Virus record (IMG/VR): IMGVR_UViG_3300045988_132833
Length of the DNA: 64,000 nt
DNA from: a virus
Strand: one strand, 5' to 3'
Of this stretch, positions 19,211-29,445 are shown piece by piece (position 1 is the first letter of the stretch; every line of letters begins with the position of its first letter). The position numbers and the translations under genes are program-made. The notes beneath the pieces are model-generated. The model did no database searches, was not told the DNA's origin, and saw only the letters and a list, made by a program, of their open reading frames with translations.

Positions 19211-19810
19211 TTAAAGTTTAAAGAAGTTTGTATCTATAGAACTTACATTTGCATCTTTGTCATCTACTAATCCTTCTAAATTAAGATCTATCCCTTCTGG
19301 AGTGTCAATATTAACATTGTCATCTCCAACTAATTGATCTACAGCCACCTCTTCAGAAGTAAGTACGAATAATCCGGCTTTCGATGGGTGTACAGCTAGG
19401 ACAAATTCCTTTCCATATTTGGAAAGTTCTTCATTCTTGCTACCTCTGCAGGCTATGGTATTTGACTTAGTCAGTTTATTACCTCCCTTCGTACCAAAAG
19501 CCTCATCAGTTCCAATGATAGGAACTGAACCATTCTTTCCATCATCATACTTGATGTCTAACTTATCTCCTGGGCTAATCCCCATAAGGGATACAGCCTT
19601 AGAGTTAAGTCTACACTTGTTATCTTCCAAATAAAGTTTTGGCTCTTTGTCATCATCTTGCACTGCTTCATTTGCAGTTGCTTTCATTGCTTTAACTGGC
19701 TTATTAACACTCCTGTCAATAAGCTTAGTTTCTAACACTTCTCCGGTTTCTGTGTCCACCGACATTTCATAGGTTAGACTTAGGATAAAAGTTTCTTTTA
19801 CAGTAGGCAT
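19211..19810 (-). CDS. Hypothetical protein
   Basis: 199 aa ORF. Confidence 0.4.
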   Translation of the reverse strand: MPTVKETFILSLTYEMSVDTETGEVLETKLIDRSVNKPVKAMKATANEAVQDDDKEPKLYLEDNKCRLNSKAVSLMGISPGDKLDIKYDDGKNGSVPIIGTDEAFGTKGGNKLTKSNTIACRGSKNEELSKYGKEFVLAVHPSKAGLFVLTSEEVAVDQLVGDDNVNIDTPEGIDLNLEGLVDDKDANVSSIDTNFFKL

Positions 19811-20502
19811 TAGTCTTCCTCGTTATATTCCTTAATACGCTTTACTACATAATCAAGATCATTATCGATATAAATATCGTTAAATAATCCCATTGGAGAC
19901 TTAGCAGTACAAGTACCATCAGAATTAGTGATAAACTTATATGAAGGCTTATTGTCCTCATCACGCTGTATAGTAGTGAAGAACACATAAGTAAACAAAC
20001 CTTCCAGAGTAATCACAGAATCCAACATCTTTCCGAGAGTCTTCATTTTGTAATAAGGAGACACTCTATCACCCATGTTTTCACTATGAGTAGAGACTAC
20101 AACATTTAAGTCATCACGCATATTCATTGCAGACTTCAATACCTGATACGCATGCTGTGCCATATCAGTGAATTTATCATAGCTCTTCTCCTTAGCTCTA
20201 TCCATTGCCTCAAAGCCCATCACATACTGGAAATCGTCTATGACGACAGTTGTAATGTGTGGCATTTTCTTGTCAATAATCTGTAATACCTTACCGATTT
20301 GATCAACATTTGCAGAGGCAAAGAAATTGCCAGAAACTTTTCCATCCTGAACAGTGAAAGAAGGATATTTCTTGTTAGCTCCCTTAATTCCAGGACGCTT
20401 ACCAGTTGTTGATATGATAAAGGTCTTTGCTGGGTCAAGATTTCTAACACTTGAAGTTTTACCACTTCCACTTTCACCGACGATTGCTATTAATTCAGCC
20501 AT
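19810..20502 (-). CDS. P-loop ATPase (Sak4/RecA-like)
   Basis: Walker A GESGSGKT at the N-terminus; 230 aa. Confidence 0.5.
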   Translation of the reverse strand: MAELIAIVGESGSGKTSSVRNLDPAKTFIISTTGKRPGIKGANKKYPSFTVQDGKVSGNFFASANVDQIGKVLQIIDKKMPHITTVVIDDFQYVMGFEAMDRAKEKSYDKFTDMAQHAYQVLKSAMNMRDDLNVVVSTHSENMGDRVSPYYKMKTLGKMLDSVITLEGLFTYVFFTTIQRDEDNKPSYKFITNSDGTCTAKSPMGLFNDIYIDNDLDYVVKRIKEYNEED

Positions 20503-21605
20503 TATAATGTAAATTTAGATTTTTGAATAGTTTTATTATCATCTTCTATCTTTACGTTATCTTGCTGCTCTTCCAAAGCCCATTCTGGACTTTTATATTT
20601 TTCATAATCAAATATTTCATCAGGTTTAGGTAATTCTATATAGTGAGAACTATCACCATAATAACCTAGAGGAACCATTATGTCGGAAGTACCAAATCTA
20701 CTCTTTAAAAGGAATAGACCTATGAAACATTGTTCCAACGTCTTAATATCGTACTTCCTATAAGATGAGAGCTTATATTTATGAGGACTAAATAGTGCAA
20801 GAACTACTTGACTATCCTCATAGAGAGCACCACTATCCTTGAAATCATTGGAGGAAGGATCTTGCAAGCCTTGCTTCATTCTTTCTTGATTATTAGAATC
20901 CCTATTAAACTGAGCAATATGAATAGGACTCATAATCTTAGTTTTATTTCTAAGCATTACAGAGTCTCTAGAAATTGCATCTATTTCCTCTTTCTTAGAT
21001 CTTCCAGAAGTTGCTTTAACGAGAGTAAAGTGATCCACAAGAACTCCAAGAATCTGTTGAGGATTATTAGGGATATAACCATCCTCCGTAAATTCTCCAT
21101 ACTTTCTGAGTTCTTTTTCGACTTCTCTAAGATATACTGCTTCAGTTAGACTCCCCTCGTAAAAGGTTAGTCTTTCATCAAGTACATCCATAAATTCAGA
21201 AGCTTTCTCTAGAAGTTCATATCTATCATCAGATAGGATACAATCTTTACCTCTAGAGAACATCTCCTTATATCTAAGTTCTACTCCAAACTTATCCATA
21301 ATATACATGGATACTAGTTTTGCATATACTTGACTTCTAGTCATTTCTAGACTAAAGAGAAGCCATCTTGGATCTCTCTCCGGACACTCTCCATCAAGAA
21401 AGTGAATGAGTGGCTGATATACAAATGTCCATAAAGCATAGGTTGATTTACCTACACCAGACGCAGCACCTATCAAGTAGCTAGTTCCTGGTAAATAGCC
21501 ATCTATAAAGCTTTCTAATCTTTTAGAACCTACAGATAAGCCAATATTCTTACCCTCTCGTCCTTCACGAACTAGGTTAAAAAACTCTTCTCTACCAGTT
21601 ATCAT
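20502..21605 (-). CDS. DnaB-like replicative DNA helicase
   Basis: GAASGVGKST Walker A and the FSLEMT motif. Confidence 0.55.
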   Translation of the reverse strand: MITGREEFFNLVREGREGKNIGLSVGSKRLESFIDGYLPGTSYLIGAASGVGKSTYALWTFVYQPLIHFLDGECPERDPRWLLFSLEMTRSQVYAKLVSMYIMDKFGVELRYKEMFSRGKDCILSDDRYELLEKASEFMDVLDERLTFYEGSLTEAVYLREVEKELRKYGEFTEDGYIPNNPQQILGVLVDHFTLVKATSGRSKKEEIDAISRDSVMLRNKTKIMSPIHIAQFNRDSNNQERMKQGLQDPSSNDFKDSGALYEDSQVVLALFSPHKYKLSSYRKYDIKTLEQCFIGLFLLKSRFGTSDIMVPLGYYGDSSHYIELPKPDEIFDYEKYKSPEWALEEQQDNVKIEDDNKTIQKSKFTL

Positions 21606-22219
21606 ACCAACTTAATTGCGTCAAAATTAACATTAGCGCCATCTCCCTTCTTAAGGGCTTCTAGATCAATCCATCCCTGATTAACAATAAAGCTAGCTAG
21701 ACTACAGTTAATAATATTATTATCTTTCGCCCATCTAACTAATTCAATGATTTGATTATGTTTTTCTTCATTCCACTTAATGCTTTTGCCATATCTAAAA
21801 TAAGCTTCTTCTAATGAATCAAACTTTTTAGCTACAGTTCTTAACGGAACCGTGGAGGTTCCTATAATTCCAAATTGAGGATATGCTTCAAACAATTCCT
21901 TTCCCATTTCAAAAGAACATCTATAAAGATTCTTTATAAAGTTCTTATTGAGTGGTATAGAATATGGATCAAAGGCTTCTCCTTCCTTTGGACAATGAAA
22001 ACTCTTTAGAATAATTCCTTTACTCTGTAAAGATAGAATAACCTCCCTAGTTTTCACTTCACATTTATACAATGCTTCTATGTATGATTTGAATATATCT
22101 TCATTCTCTTCATCCTGAAGCAACAGTAAAGTTCTGATAAACATCAGCTCATTTGGGGTTATTCTATACTTACTGAGTATAGATATTTCTTCTTCTAGTG
22201 TTAAAGTTAAATTTTTCAA
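21602..22219 (-). CDS. Hypothetical protein
   Basis: 205 aa ORF. Confidence 0.4.
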   Translation of the reverse strand: MKNLTLTLEEEISILSKYRITPNELMFIRTLLLLQDEENEDIFKSYIEALYKCEVKTREVILSLQSKGIILKSFHCPKEGEAFDPYSIPLNKNFIKNLYRCSFEMGKELFEAYPQFGIIGTSTVPLRTVAKKFDSLEEAYFRYGKSIKWNEEKHNQIIELVRWAKDNNIINCSLASFIVNQGWIDLEALKKGDGANVNFDAIKLV

Positions 22220-22292
22220 GCAGTTTATAAGTTAATATTGAAAAATACTAATCTTACAACTGCACATAAGTTAAACCTCTTTCGAGGTGGAA

Positions 22293-22484
22293 TCAAATTG
22301 CATACGGCTTCATAAACTCCTCAACTAAGATTTCTGCTCTTTCTTGCATTTTATCTACGTTGTAATAAGTTCCGTCATTTCTTTTAATCATTCTAGTTTC
22401 TCCGTTATATTCAATATCCTTGGTATTAATTGTACTTAAGAGGGAGCTTAGAATGAGAAGTTCATTCATTTTCTCATTTATCAT
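22293..22484 (-). CDS. Hypothetical protein
   Basis: 63 aa ORF. Confidence 0.3.
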   Translation of the reverse strand: MINEKMNELLILSSLLSTINTKDIEYNGETRMIKRNDGTYYNVDKMQERAEILVEEFMKPYAI

Positions 22485-22487
22485 ATA

Positions 22488-23768
22488 TTAATATCTAAAT
22501 GTAAAGTCCTTAATATGTTTAACATAAGGCCTAGGTTCCTTTCCAGCTAAAACGTCATCTAATCCTTTTTCATCAATTGTAATAACACTTGCAGAACTGT
22601 TGGATCTCTTAAACCATTCTGTCTCAACAGTTTGATCTAAGACTAACGTAAATATTTCAGCCTTTTTGTCACCTTCCTTCCTAGCCACACGTCCTATTCG
22701 TTGTGTCTTGCGAATTTTAGAAGAATCCAGACCAAGTATAATAGCAACCGACAATCCTGGTACATCTAAGCCTTCATCGGCTTTTTTGATAGTATGTAAT
22801 ATTCCAGTCTTTTCAGTACTAAATTCCTCTATCGTCATTCTTCCCTTCTTCTTACTATCTTTTCCAGAAAACACTTTTCCTCCCATGCCTATAGATTCTG
22901 CCATCTTGACATTATTTGAAAAAGTAATAATCTTAGAATTTGGTCTAGCTTGAATAATTCGTCTAGCAACTTCTATCTTTTTTGGATGATTATTAATAAA
23001 AGCTTTTCTAGACTGTACAATCCGCATAAATTGTGTTGCGTGATATGTTATTTGCTTAAATACCTGTTTTCTTTGCTCTTCTGTCCCATTAGGACACATT
23101 TCATCCCTCAATAGAGAACGATACATAAACCCCCTTGGTCCTAGGCAATTTAGAACTTCCTCCCAGTCGAAATTAAAGAACTCAAAATGCTCAGTAAATT
23201 CCCTATTCATTTCTTTATAGGTAGCAATATCATCAACATCCAGTATAACTTGGTATTCCTTATAGTCAGAAATCCATCCTTGGAATTTTGATTCGGCAAG
23301 GGTAATTTCATCAATAACCGGACAGTATTTCTTAAGCAACTCATGTTTTCCATCAAGTCTCTCAAAGGTTGCTGTCAAACCAAGAATATACTTATAATTA
23401 ACAGTTTCAAAGACATGCTTCAATGTATCTGCTGCAACTCTATGGATTTCATCAATCACAATAATGTCACATTTGTATAATCTCTTAATAGCAGTATTAA
23501 TTACTAACACCTCACAATTAAGAGACAATCCATTCAAGTCAAGTAGCCCCAGCCACTGCTCTTTTAGGGCAGTAGTGGGAACTATAACTATGACTTTCAT
23601 GCTTGGATATTTTTTCAGGACTGTTTTAATACAGTTAAGTCCAACTCTAGTCTTTCCAAAACCAGTGGATGCAACTATTGTTCCCTTACACTTATTTTTT
23701 ACCCATTTGACTCGACACTTCTCCTGTCTTTCGTCTCGGGTAGTCCTTTTAAATGAAGATTCTTGCAT
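22488..23768 (-). CDS. Superfamily 2 DEAD/DEAH-box helicase
   Basis: Motif I STGFGKT, motif II DEIH, motif III TAT, motif VI QRIGRVAR. Confidence 0.65.
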   Translation of the reverse strand: MQESSFKRTTRDERQEKCRVKWVKNKCKGTIVASTGFGKTRVGLNCIKTVLKKYPSMKVIVIVPTTALKEQWLGLLDLNGLSLNCEVLVINTAIKRLYKCDIIVIDEIHRVAADTLKHVFETVNYKYILGLTATFERLDGKHELLKKYCPVIDEITLAESKFQGWISDYKEYQVILDVDDIATYKEMNREFTEHFEFFNFDWEEVLNCLGPRGFMYRSLLRDEMCPNGTEEQRKQVFKQITYHATQFMRIVQSRKAFINNHPKKIEVARRIIQARPNSKIITFSNNVKMAESIGMGGKVFSGKDSKKKGRMTIEEFSTEKTGILHTIKKADEGLDVPGLSVAIILGLDSSKIRKTQRIGRVARKEGDKKAEIFTLVLDQTVETEWFKRSNSSASVITIDEKGLDDVLAGKEPRPYVKHIKDFTFRY

Positions 23769-23855
23769 ATTCTATCAATCCATATAACAATATAGCATAG
23801 TTATCTATATTGATGAAATTCTGACAGTTAATAAGAAAATCTGATAGCTTATCCA

Positions 23856-24725
23856 TTAGTCTTCAAGTGTGATTCCACGACTTTCTGCAACTAGTTTAAG
23901 CTGACGGATTCTCTCCTCCCACTGGTCAATGTGGAACATAACCTCATTTTCCAAACGGAACAGAACCTTATTACGAAGCACCATAAGTTGATCAGTAGTC
24001 AACTCAGAATACTTCTTAGGTCTTAAGTTGACCATAGCACGCAGTTCATTGAAATTAAGACCTGTAGGCTTTACAGTTAAGCGTACAGTATTCTTAATAT
24101 TAAGGCGCTCCTTAATAACCTCAAGCTTACTACGTGTGTTTCCATCCTTATCCTTTTCATCAAACTCCTTCATTTCAGATGGAGTAAGATATACACCCAT
24201 ATTAAGGATGAAACTAAAAGTTATATGTTTGTTATCAAAATAACCAAGTTGATCCAAGCCTCCGTCAAGAACATCCTCTATAGAGATTCTTTCAAACTCT
24301 CTAGGAAGACCTCCAGTGCATGCTGCAATAGAGATATTCTTTAGTTCATTAGAAGGGAAATCCTCCTTATGACTATTCATATATCCACGAAGGTCCTGAA
24401 TATACAGATGGCGAGGGTAAGGTTTACCATCTACGCATATTTCGCCAGACTCCAACTTACGAAGGAAGAGCTCAACATTACACTTCTTACACTGCTCACT
24501 AATAATGTCCAAAAGAACATATCTACCAGGATTTAACTTATCAGTACTATGAAGCATTGATAAACAATGCTTGTAGAATTGATTAAGTTGTTCTGGAGTA
24601 GCGTCAACAAGATGGATCTCCTCCTGAGTTCCATCTGCCTTTCGTGCAAATTTCCATACAAATGACTTAATATCATTATTCTTTGCTTCCATTGCCTCCA
24701 TAAGTTTGTCTCTCATTACTGTCAT
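23856..24725 (-). CDS. Hypothetical protein
   Basis: 289 aa ORF. Confidence 0.45.
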   Translation of the reverse strand: MTVMRDKLMEAMEAKNNDIKSFVWKFARKADGTQEEIHLVDATPEQLNQFYKHCLSMLHSTDKLNPGRYVLLDIISEQCKKCNVELFLRKLESGEICVDGKPYPRHLYIQDLRGYMNSHKEDFPSNELKNISIAACTGGLPREFERISIEDVLDGGLDQLGYFDNKHITFSFILNMGVYLTPSEMKEFDEKDKDGNTRSKLEVIKERLNIKNTVRLTVKPTGLNFNELRAMVNLRPKKYSELTTDQLMVLRNKVLFRLENEVMFHIDQWEERIRQLKLVAESRGITLED

Positions 24726-24769
24726 AATTTATTTACTGTCTTTCATATTGTTATTTTTTAAATTATATC

Positions 24770-25075
24770 TTACATTGTAAACTTGTGAGGCTTTTTAATA
24801 GGTTTCTCTACAAACTTCATAAACTGAATGTTGCTATAGCGATAAGGGACAAATTTATTTCCGTCAAACCACTTATCAACTCCAGCCTTTACTTCAAAGA
24901 AGTTTAGAAACCCAACCTCACCTATCTCTATCTTACGGTGATCCCAATTTGGATACCTAGTGCACATAATGTACCTAGTTTCTTTAATCACGTCCTCATC
25001 TAGACACTCAAAGACATATGTTGTATAGCCGAGAGCATCCTCTTCACTAGCCAATAATTTAGCTAGAACAGTCAT
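24770..25075 (-). CDS. Hypothetical protein
   Basis: 101 aa ORF. Confidence 0.35.
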   Translation of the reverse strand: MTVLAKLLASEEDALGYTTYVFECLDEDVIKETRYIMCTRYPNWDHRKIEIGEVGFLNFFEVKAGVDKWFDGNKFVPYRYSNIQFMKFVEKPIKKPHKFTM

Positions 25076-25244
25076 GATTAATTTGAAGAATTAAGTTCCC
25101 TATAATAGGTGCAACCATAGGCTGCAAAATTAGAAGAACACTTTTCAATTCCACGAAAGCATGGATACCTTCTACAAGACTTACATTCCCTATTAGGAAA
25201 CTTTAATTTAACTCCAAATTTATCTTTTTCTATCCTTATAAGGC

Positions 25245-25649
25245 TCACTTTACTAACAGAAGTACTAATAAACCAGAACTAACTATAATACCTCCAATCT
25301 TCCAGAAAAATAGAGTTCTATTTTTCTTATTGAGATCCTTGGTTAAAGAATTATTCCAATCTTTGTAGACTTTAATCTGAGCTTGTCTAACCGAATCAGC
25401 TCTTGTAAGAAGTTTATTATCTTCCTTATAATTATTTAATTGCTCAGAAAGTAATTGGTTTTCAATTAATAACTTATGGTGTTCAGCAAAGATTAGATTA
25501 GTCTCCTTCAGTTGAGCTGGAGTTATTGATACTGTCGAATCTTTCTCTATTCCACTTGAGATAGTTGATGAAGAAGATGTAGTCGTTGCTAGTAGTGTTA
25601 TTAACAATGTTACTAATAGTCTCTTTGTAGCTCTTTTCATTCTGTTCAA
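25245..25649 (-). CDS. Membrane protein (C-terminal TM); overlaps 25498..25848 in another frame
   Basis: 134 aa with a Thr/Ser-rich stretch, a coiled coil and a C-terminal hydrophobic helix. Confidence 0.35.
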   Translation of the reverse strand: MNRMKRATKRLLVTLLITLLATTTSSSSTISSGIEKDSTVSITPAQLKETNLIFAEHHKLLIENQLLSEQLNNYKEDNKLLTRADSVRQAQIKVYKDWNNSLTKDLNKKNRTLFFWKIGGIIVSSGLLVLLLVK

Positions 25650-25848
25650 TTTTAATTACAGTTGTATCAATTCTTCCTGCTATAGAATCTCTTTTACTCT
25701 TTATGGAGGAGAGTTCAGACTCCAAGGAATCTATTCTTTCAGAATAGTCCAGAGCCTGAACTTGTTTCTCAGGTTTAAATATAATATATCCTAAAGCTAA
25801 ACTAGTAAATATGAAGAAAACCAGAATTACTTTCTCTGCTTTCCGCAT
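25498..25848 (-). CDS. Membrane protein (N-terminal TM, coiled coil)
   Basis: 116 aa with an N-terminal TM and heptad-like repeats. Confidence 0.35.
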   Translation of the reverse strand: MRKAEKVILVFFIFTSLALGYIIFKPEKQVQALDYSERIDSLESELSSIKSKRDSIAGRIDTTVIKIEQNEKSYKETISNIVNNTTSNDYIFFINYLKWNRERFDSINNSSSTEGD

Positions 25849-26387
25849 TTCTTAGTTTGCTTGTTCAGATAGTCGAGATACTTCTGTACATTGTCAAGGT
25901 AAGCAGGATCCTTTTTCACTCCTTCTACGATAACCTTCTCAATGTCAGTAAAGTTCTCCTTCACCTGCTCCATTTCCTGATGCTTCAAGAAACGAGCCTT
26001 AGCGTCATTATATCCCTTGATGTACTTCTCAGGATTCTCCTTAATATACTCTGCTTCCTGAGCAAGATAAGTACGGATGAGATTATCACTCATCTGTCCA
26101 GGATGTGCAGCATAAAGTGCAATGTCAGAGTTCTTGGCACGAGCAACTGCCTTAAGTACACCCACCTTCTCACTGAACTTATCTACTGGATTACAGATAG
26201 ATACACCAATCTGCAAGCCTACCTGAACACATCCAAGTCCTTCACCAGTTCCATTAACAATCTTCATTACTAATGGATAACCAGAGTCAGTATTCTTGAG
26301 TGCAACCTTTGTAGCTGCAATTACAAACTGATGCTCTTTACCAGCATAATCAACAAACTTGTCCTTAAGTACGATTTCGTTATTCAT
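25827..26387 (-). CDS. Hypothetical protein
   Basis: 186 aa ORF; A10 leader immediately upstream of the ATG. Confidence 0.45.
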   Translation of the reverse strand: MNNEIVLKDKFVDYAGKEHQFVIAATKVALKNTDSGYPLVMKIVNGTGEGLGCVQVGLQIGVSICNPVDKFSEKVGVLKAVARAKNSDIALYAAHPGQMSDNLIRTYLAQEAEYIKENPEKYIKGYNDAKARFLKHQEMEQVKENFTDIEKVIVEGVKKDPAYLDNVQKYLDYLNKQTKKCGKQRK

Positions 26388-26398
26388 TTTTTTTTTAT

Positions 26399-26710
26399 TT
26401 AATTTTTATTTGGTTTAGAAACATAGAGTGGCAGATTCATTTCATCTACAAACTCTTGAGGGACACCTACCAAGGAAATTTCTTTCTCGATACTGTATCC
26501 ATCATATTTTGTTACAATACAATTATCCTTTATATGAAGTAACCTATCAGCCTTGTATAACTTACTACCAAGTTGGCAGAAACCATTATTCCAATACTTA
26601 CTTAAGGTTACTTCATACGTGAAAGTAGGAAGGAGTTCAACAATCCCTCCTTCATACTTATAAAACTTACTTCCAGAATGGTCGTTCGTTTGGCATGTAC
26701 GTTTTCCCAT
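26399..26710 (-). CDS. Hypothetical protein
   Basis: 103 aa ORF. Confidence 0.35.
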   Translation of the reverse strand: MGKRTCQTNDHSGSKFYKYEGGIVELLPTFTYEVTLSKYWNNGFCQLGSKLYKADRLLHIKDNCIVTKYDGYSIEKEISLVGVPQEFVDEMNLPLYVSKPNKN

Positions 26711-27113
26711 TGAAGGTATACTTAGCTACAACACTAACCATCATTCTATTTTGACGATCCCACTGATGGAAGAAGTTAAGAACATCTCCTATCTGGTGCA
26801 TACCACAGATAGTGGAGTATGTTGTATATGGGAATCGTTTGTTCTTCTTTAGCTGAACAATAAGCTTAGCTCGTACAGGAATTACCTTACGAGGAGAGGT
26901 ACCAAGATGCATCTTGCCCTTATGAGCACATCTTAGAGTTCGGAGTATTTTCTTCTCCTGTTTGCTTTTGCTCCAGACACTAGGGTCTCTAGGAGTTACA
27001 GGACGAGGGTGAATACCCAATTCAACCATAAGTGCATCATCATGCACATCTACCCAGCGATCCTCATCACCCTGGGCTGCCTTAATAGGACTTTTAACAT
27101 TTTCTTCTTTCAT
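26667..27113 (-). CDS. Hypothetical protein
   Basis: 148 aa ORF. Confidence 0.4.
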   Translation of the reverse strand: MKEENVKSPIKAAQGDEDRWVDVHDDALMVELGIHPRPVTPRDPSVWSKSKQEKKILRTLRCAHKGKMHLGTSPRKVIPVRAKLIVQLKKNKRFPYTTYSTICGMHQIGDVLNFFHQWDRQNRMMVSVVAKYTFNGKTYMPNERPFWK

Positions 27114-27212
27114 GCGTGTATATTACCACAAATTGTACATTTATAAATTGCATACTCAGGAACATAGAGGGTATGCTTCCCCCTTTGTCTACATCTAGGA
27201 CATAGTAATGTC

Positions 27213-27704
27213 CTAGTGATTGGATAAACCGTTTCTTTCTTCGTAGCCATTAAAAAATGCATTAAAAGTTTTACGAATAATTCTATTGTTATGGACATTA
27301 TACTTTGGATTCCATCTTCCAGACCTATAAATCCATTTAATATCAGAGGACTTTATATCTTCAACCAGATATTTGTTAGGAAGACTATTAAACCCTCCAA
27401 CATTTATAGTTCCCCCTCCTTCTAAATATAGAGCGTAATGATTACAAGTTCCTGAACCTACTATAGAGGTACTTCTTGAGTTGTTCTTAACTTTAGAATG
27501 AATTTCCGATGAAATACTAATATCATCTTTCAACTCATTTGTAAAGATAAGTAACTTATATCTTAGTCCCAACCTATCTAGATGGAAGGCAATCAAATAT
27601 GCAACAAAACAACATCCACCATTGTTTATAAGGTATTTATTGTTAAGTTGCAAGCACAAATCGTTTAATGATCTATGTAAGCTGTGAACATTTAAATTCC
27701 GCAT
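27213..27704 (-). CDS. Hypothetical protein
   Basis: 163 aa ORF. Confidence 0.4.
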   Translation of the reverse strand: MRNLNVHSLHRSLNDLCLQLNNKYLINNGGCCFVAYLIAFHLDRLGLRYKLLIFTNELKDDISISSEIHSKVKNNSRSTSIVGSGTCNHYALYLEGGGTINVGGFNSLPNKYLVEDIKSSDIKWIYRSGRWNPKYNVHNNRIIRKTFNAFFNGYEERNGLSNH

Positions 27705-27961
27705 AGTGCTTTAAGTGAACCTAATTCCTCTCTAAAGTCCTTCAGATATGTTGCCAAGTCAGTAGTATCATGTTTACACGATACTCTATACTGAATAACC
27801 TTCTTTAGAGCGGACTCTAAGCTTATTCCATAGGCTACATTCTTAAATTCCTGTCTGGCCTCTTTACCCTTAGGACGTACTGTATACAGAAGTTCTAAGT
27901 CGAACATAGGACTAGATTCAGAAACTGAAGTTAACCGAAAATCCTTCTCCTCAATTATCAT
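27692..27961 (-). CDS. Hypothetical protein
   Basis: 89 aa ORF. Confidence 0.35.
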   Translation of the reverse strand: MIIEEKDFRLTSVSESSPMFDLELLYTVRPKGKEARQEFKNVAYGISLESALKKVIQYRVSCKHDTTDLATYLKDFREELGSLKALCGI

Positions 27962-28083
27962 TAGGATTATAATTTATATAAAACTCATAACCAATATCAA
28001 AATTATTAAACATCTTCGGACATTGCTCTACAGACATCTTCAATTCATTAGTATCTAAGTCATGTAGTTCCAGAATATATTCC

Positions 28084-28242
28084 AATTCCAACAACTACTC
28101 TCCTCATAAGCTTAAGCAGAAGCGGCTGTTTTCTGATTTATCCCACCTAGGCGAGTTAAACCAGCTTTATCACGTTCTGGAAGCTTATCCTACCATGCCT
28201 GTGCCGCTTTAAGATTTTCAAGTTTCTTCTTGTACTTCATAT
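28084..28242 (-). CDS. Small protein with one in-frame TAG
   Basis: By-eye translation MKYKKKLENLKAAQAW[TAG]DKLPERDKAGLTRLGGINQKTAASA then TAA. Confidence 0.3.
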
Positions 28243-29051
28243 TATACTACTTTAATCATTGTTACATTTTCTGGAAGATTCTCCCAGTCCTTATAAGAGT
28301 TAGTAAACCATACGTGATTGAAATTCTTAGATAGATTCTCAATGCCCTTAGGATTAACCATATGAACTACAGAGATGTTAAGTCTATCTTTAGGTATTCC
28401 AATCTTTTTGAAGCATTCTGCAATTCCACAGAAGGTTCCTCCTCCATCGCACAAATCATCAATTATCATTAATGGTCTACCATCAAGTTTTTCAGGATTG
28501 TCTATTTTAATCTCTAAAATTTTGCCAGTAGCCGTATCACGAACTTTGCTGCAAGATATAGGATCTTTATCAAGATATTCGTAGCGCTCCACTGCTCCAG
28601 CGTCTGGTAAGACTAACTGATAATCAACCGTCCAACCATCTGGGCGTATATGTTTCTCAGGATACAAGGCTCTAAATTTGTCTCCAAATCTATAATCGTA
28701 TATCGCATCTGAGTGAGGCTCTAAAACAGAAATATTTTCTGCGTTAGAATTACCAAGCATCTTTGTTATTACCTTAAGAGTAAATGGGCGGTTAAAGTCC
28801 ATGACTCTATCCATTCTCATTCCCATAAGATAAAATATATCGACGTCATAATAGACATCATGTCTGTCAAGAATGTCAAGAACCTGAGTTATAATGAATA
28901 ACTCCTCAGCATTAGTAATTCTACACTTTACACAGATTTGGTCCTTGTGACTGAAGTCTCCTAAGGAAATTTGTACTTCCCCATCTGGAAATCTGGATAG
29001 AGTATACTTAATGTCACTCTTCTCCAAATTTACTAAATTTAGAATTTGCAT
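28242..29051 (-). CDS. prs: Ribose-phosphate pyrophosphokinase (PRPP synthetase)
   Basis: FPDGEVQI and the PRPP-binding loop MIIDDLCDGGGT. Confidence 0.6.
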   Translation of the reverse strand: MQILNLVNLEKSDIKYTLSRFPDGEVQISLGDFSHKDQICVKCRITNAEELFIITQVLDILDRHDVYYDVDIFYLMGMRMDRVMDFNRPFTLKVITKMLGNSNAENISVLEPHSDAIYDYRFGDKFRALYPEKHIRPDGWTVDYQLVLPDAGAVERYEYLDKDPISCSKVRDTATGKILEIKIDNPEKLDGRPLMIIDDLCDGGGTFCGIAECFKKIGIPKDRLNISVVHMVNPKGIENLSKNFNHVWFTNSYKDWENLPENVTMIKVV

Positions 29052-29445
29052 AATCTACAACTTGTTTTAAAATGTTATAACTTTCTTCCAATCCCGCTCT
29101 ATCATCGAGCAGAATATTATAATAGGGTTTTCTGGATCTACTAAATATTGGACTAGTATTAACAAAGAAATGGGAACTCTTGTAGTTCCATAAATCATTA
29201 GATACTAGCCATCGTACCTTCTCAGATACTTTATCAGGATCCTCATCCACGGTAAACAGAATGAGATCAAACTCTAGTTTAATGCATTCTTTTAAAAGTT
29301 CAATGACTTCACTATAATCACCTCCATTATTATGGAAGTCATATATAGTGTTGTCAAAGTCAAAGGCAACAATCAGCTTACCGTATTTATCATACTCCCC
29401 TTTGAGCCTATCTAAGCAGGCTTGCTGATTGAATGGGTGCTTCAT
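29014..29445 (-). CDS. HAD-like hydrolase
   Basis: VAFDFDNTIYDF (DxDxT) motif; 143 aa. Confidence 0.4.
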   Translation of the reverse strand: MKHPFNQQACLDRLKGEYDKYGKLIVAFDFDNTIYDFHNNGGDYSEVIELLKECIKLEFDLILFTVDEDPDKVSEKVRWLVSNDLWNYKSSHFFVNTSPIFSRSRKPYYNILLDDRAGLEESYNILKQVVDYANSKFSKFGEE

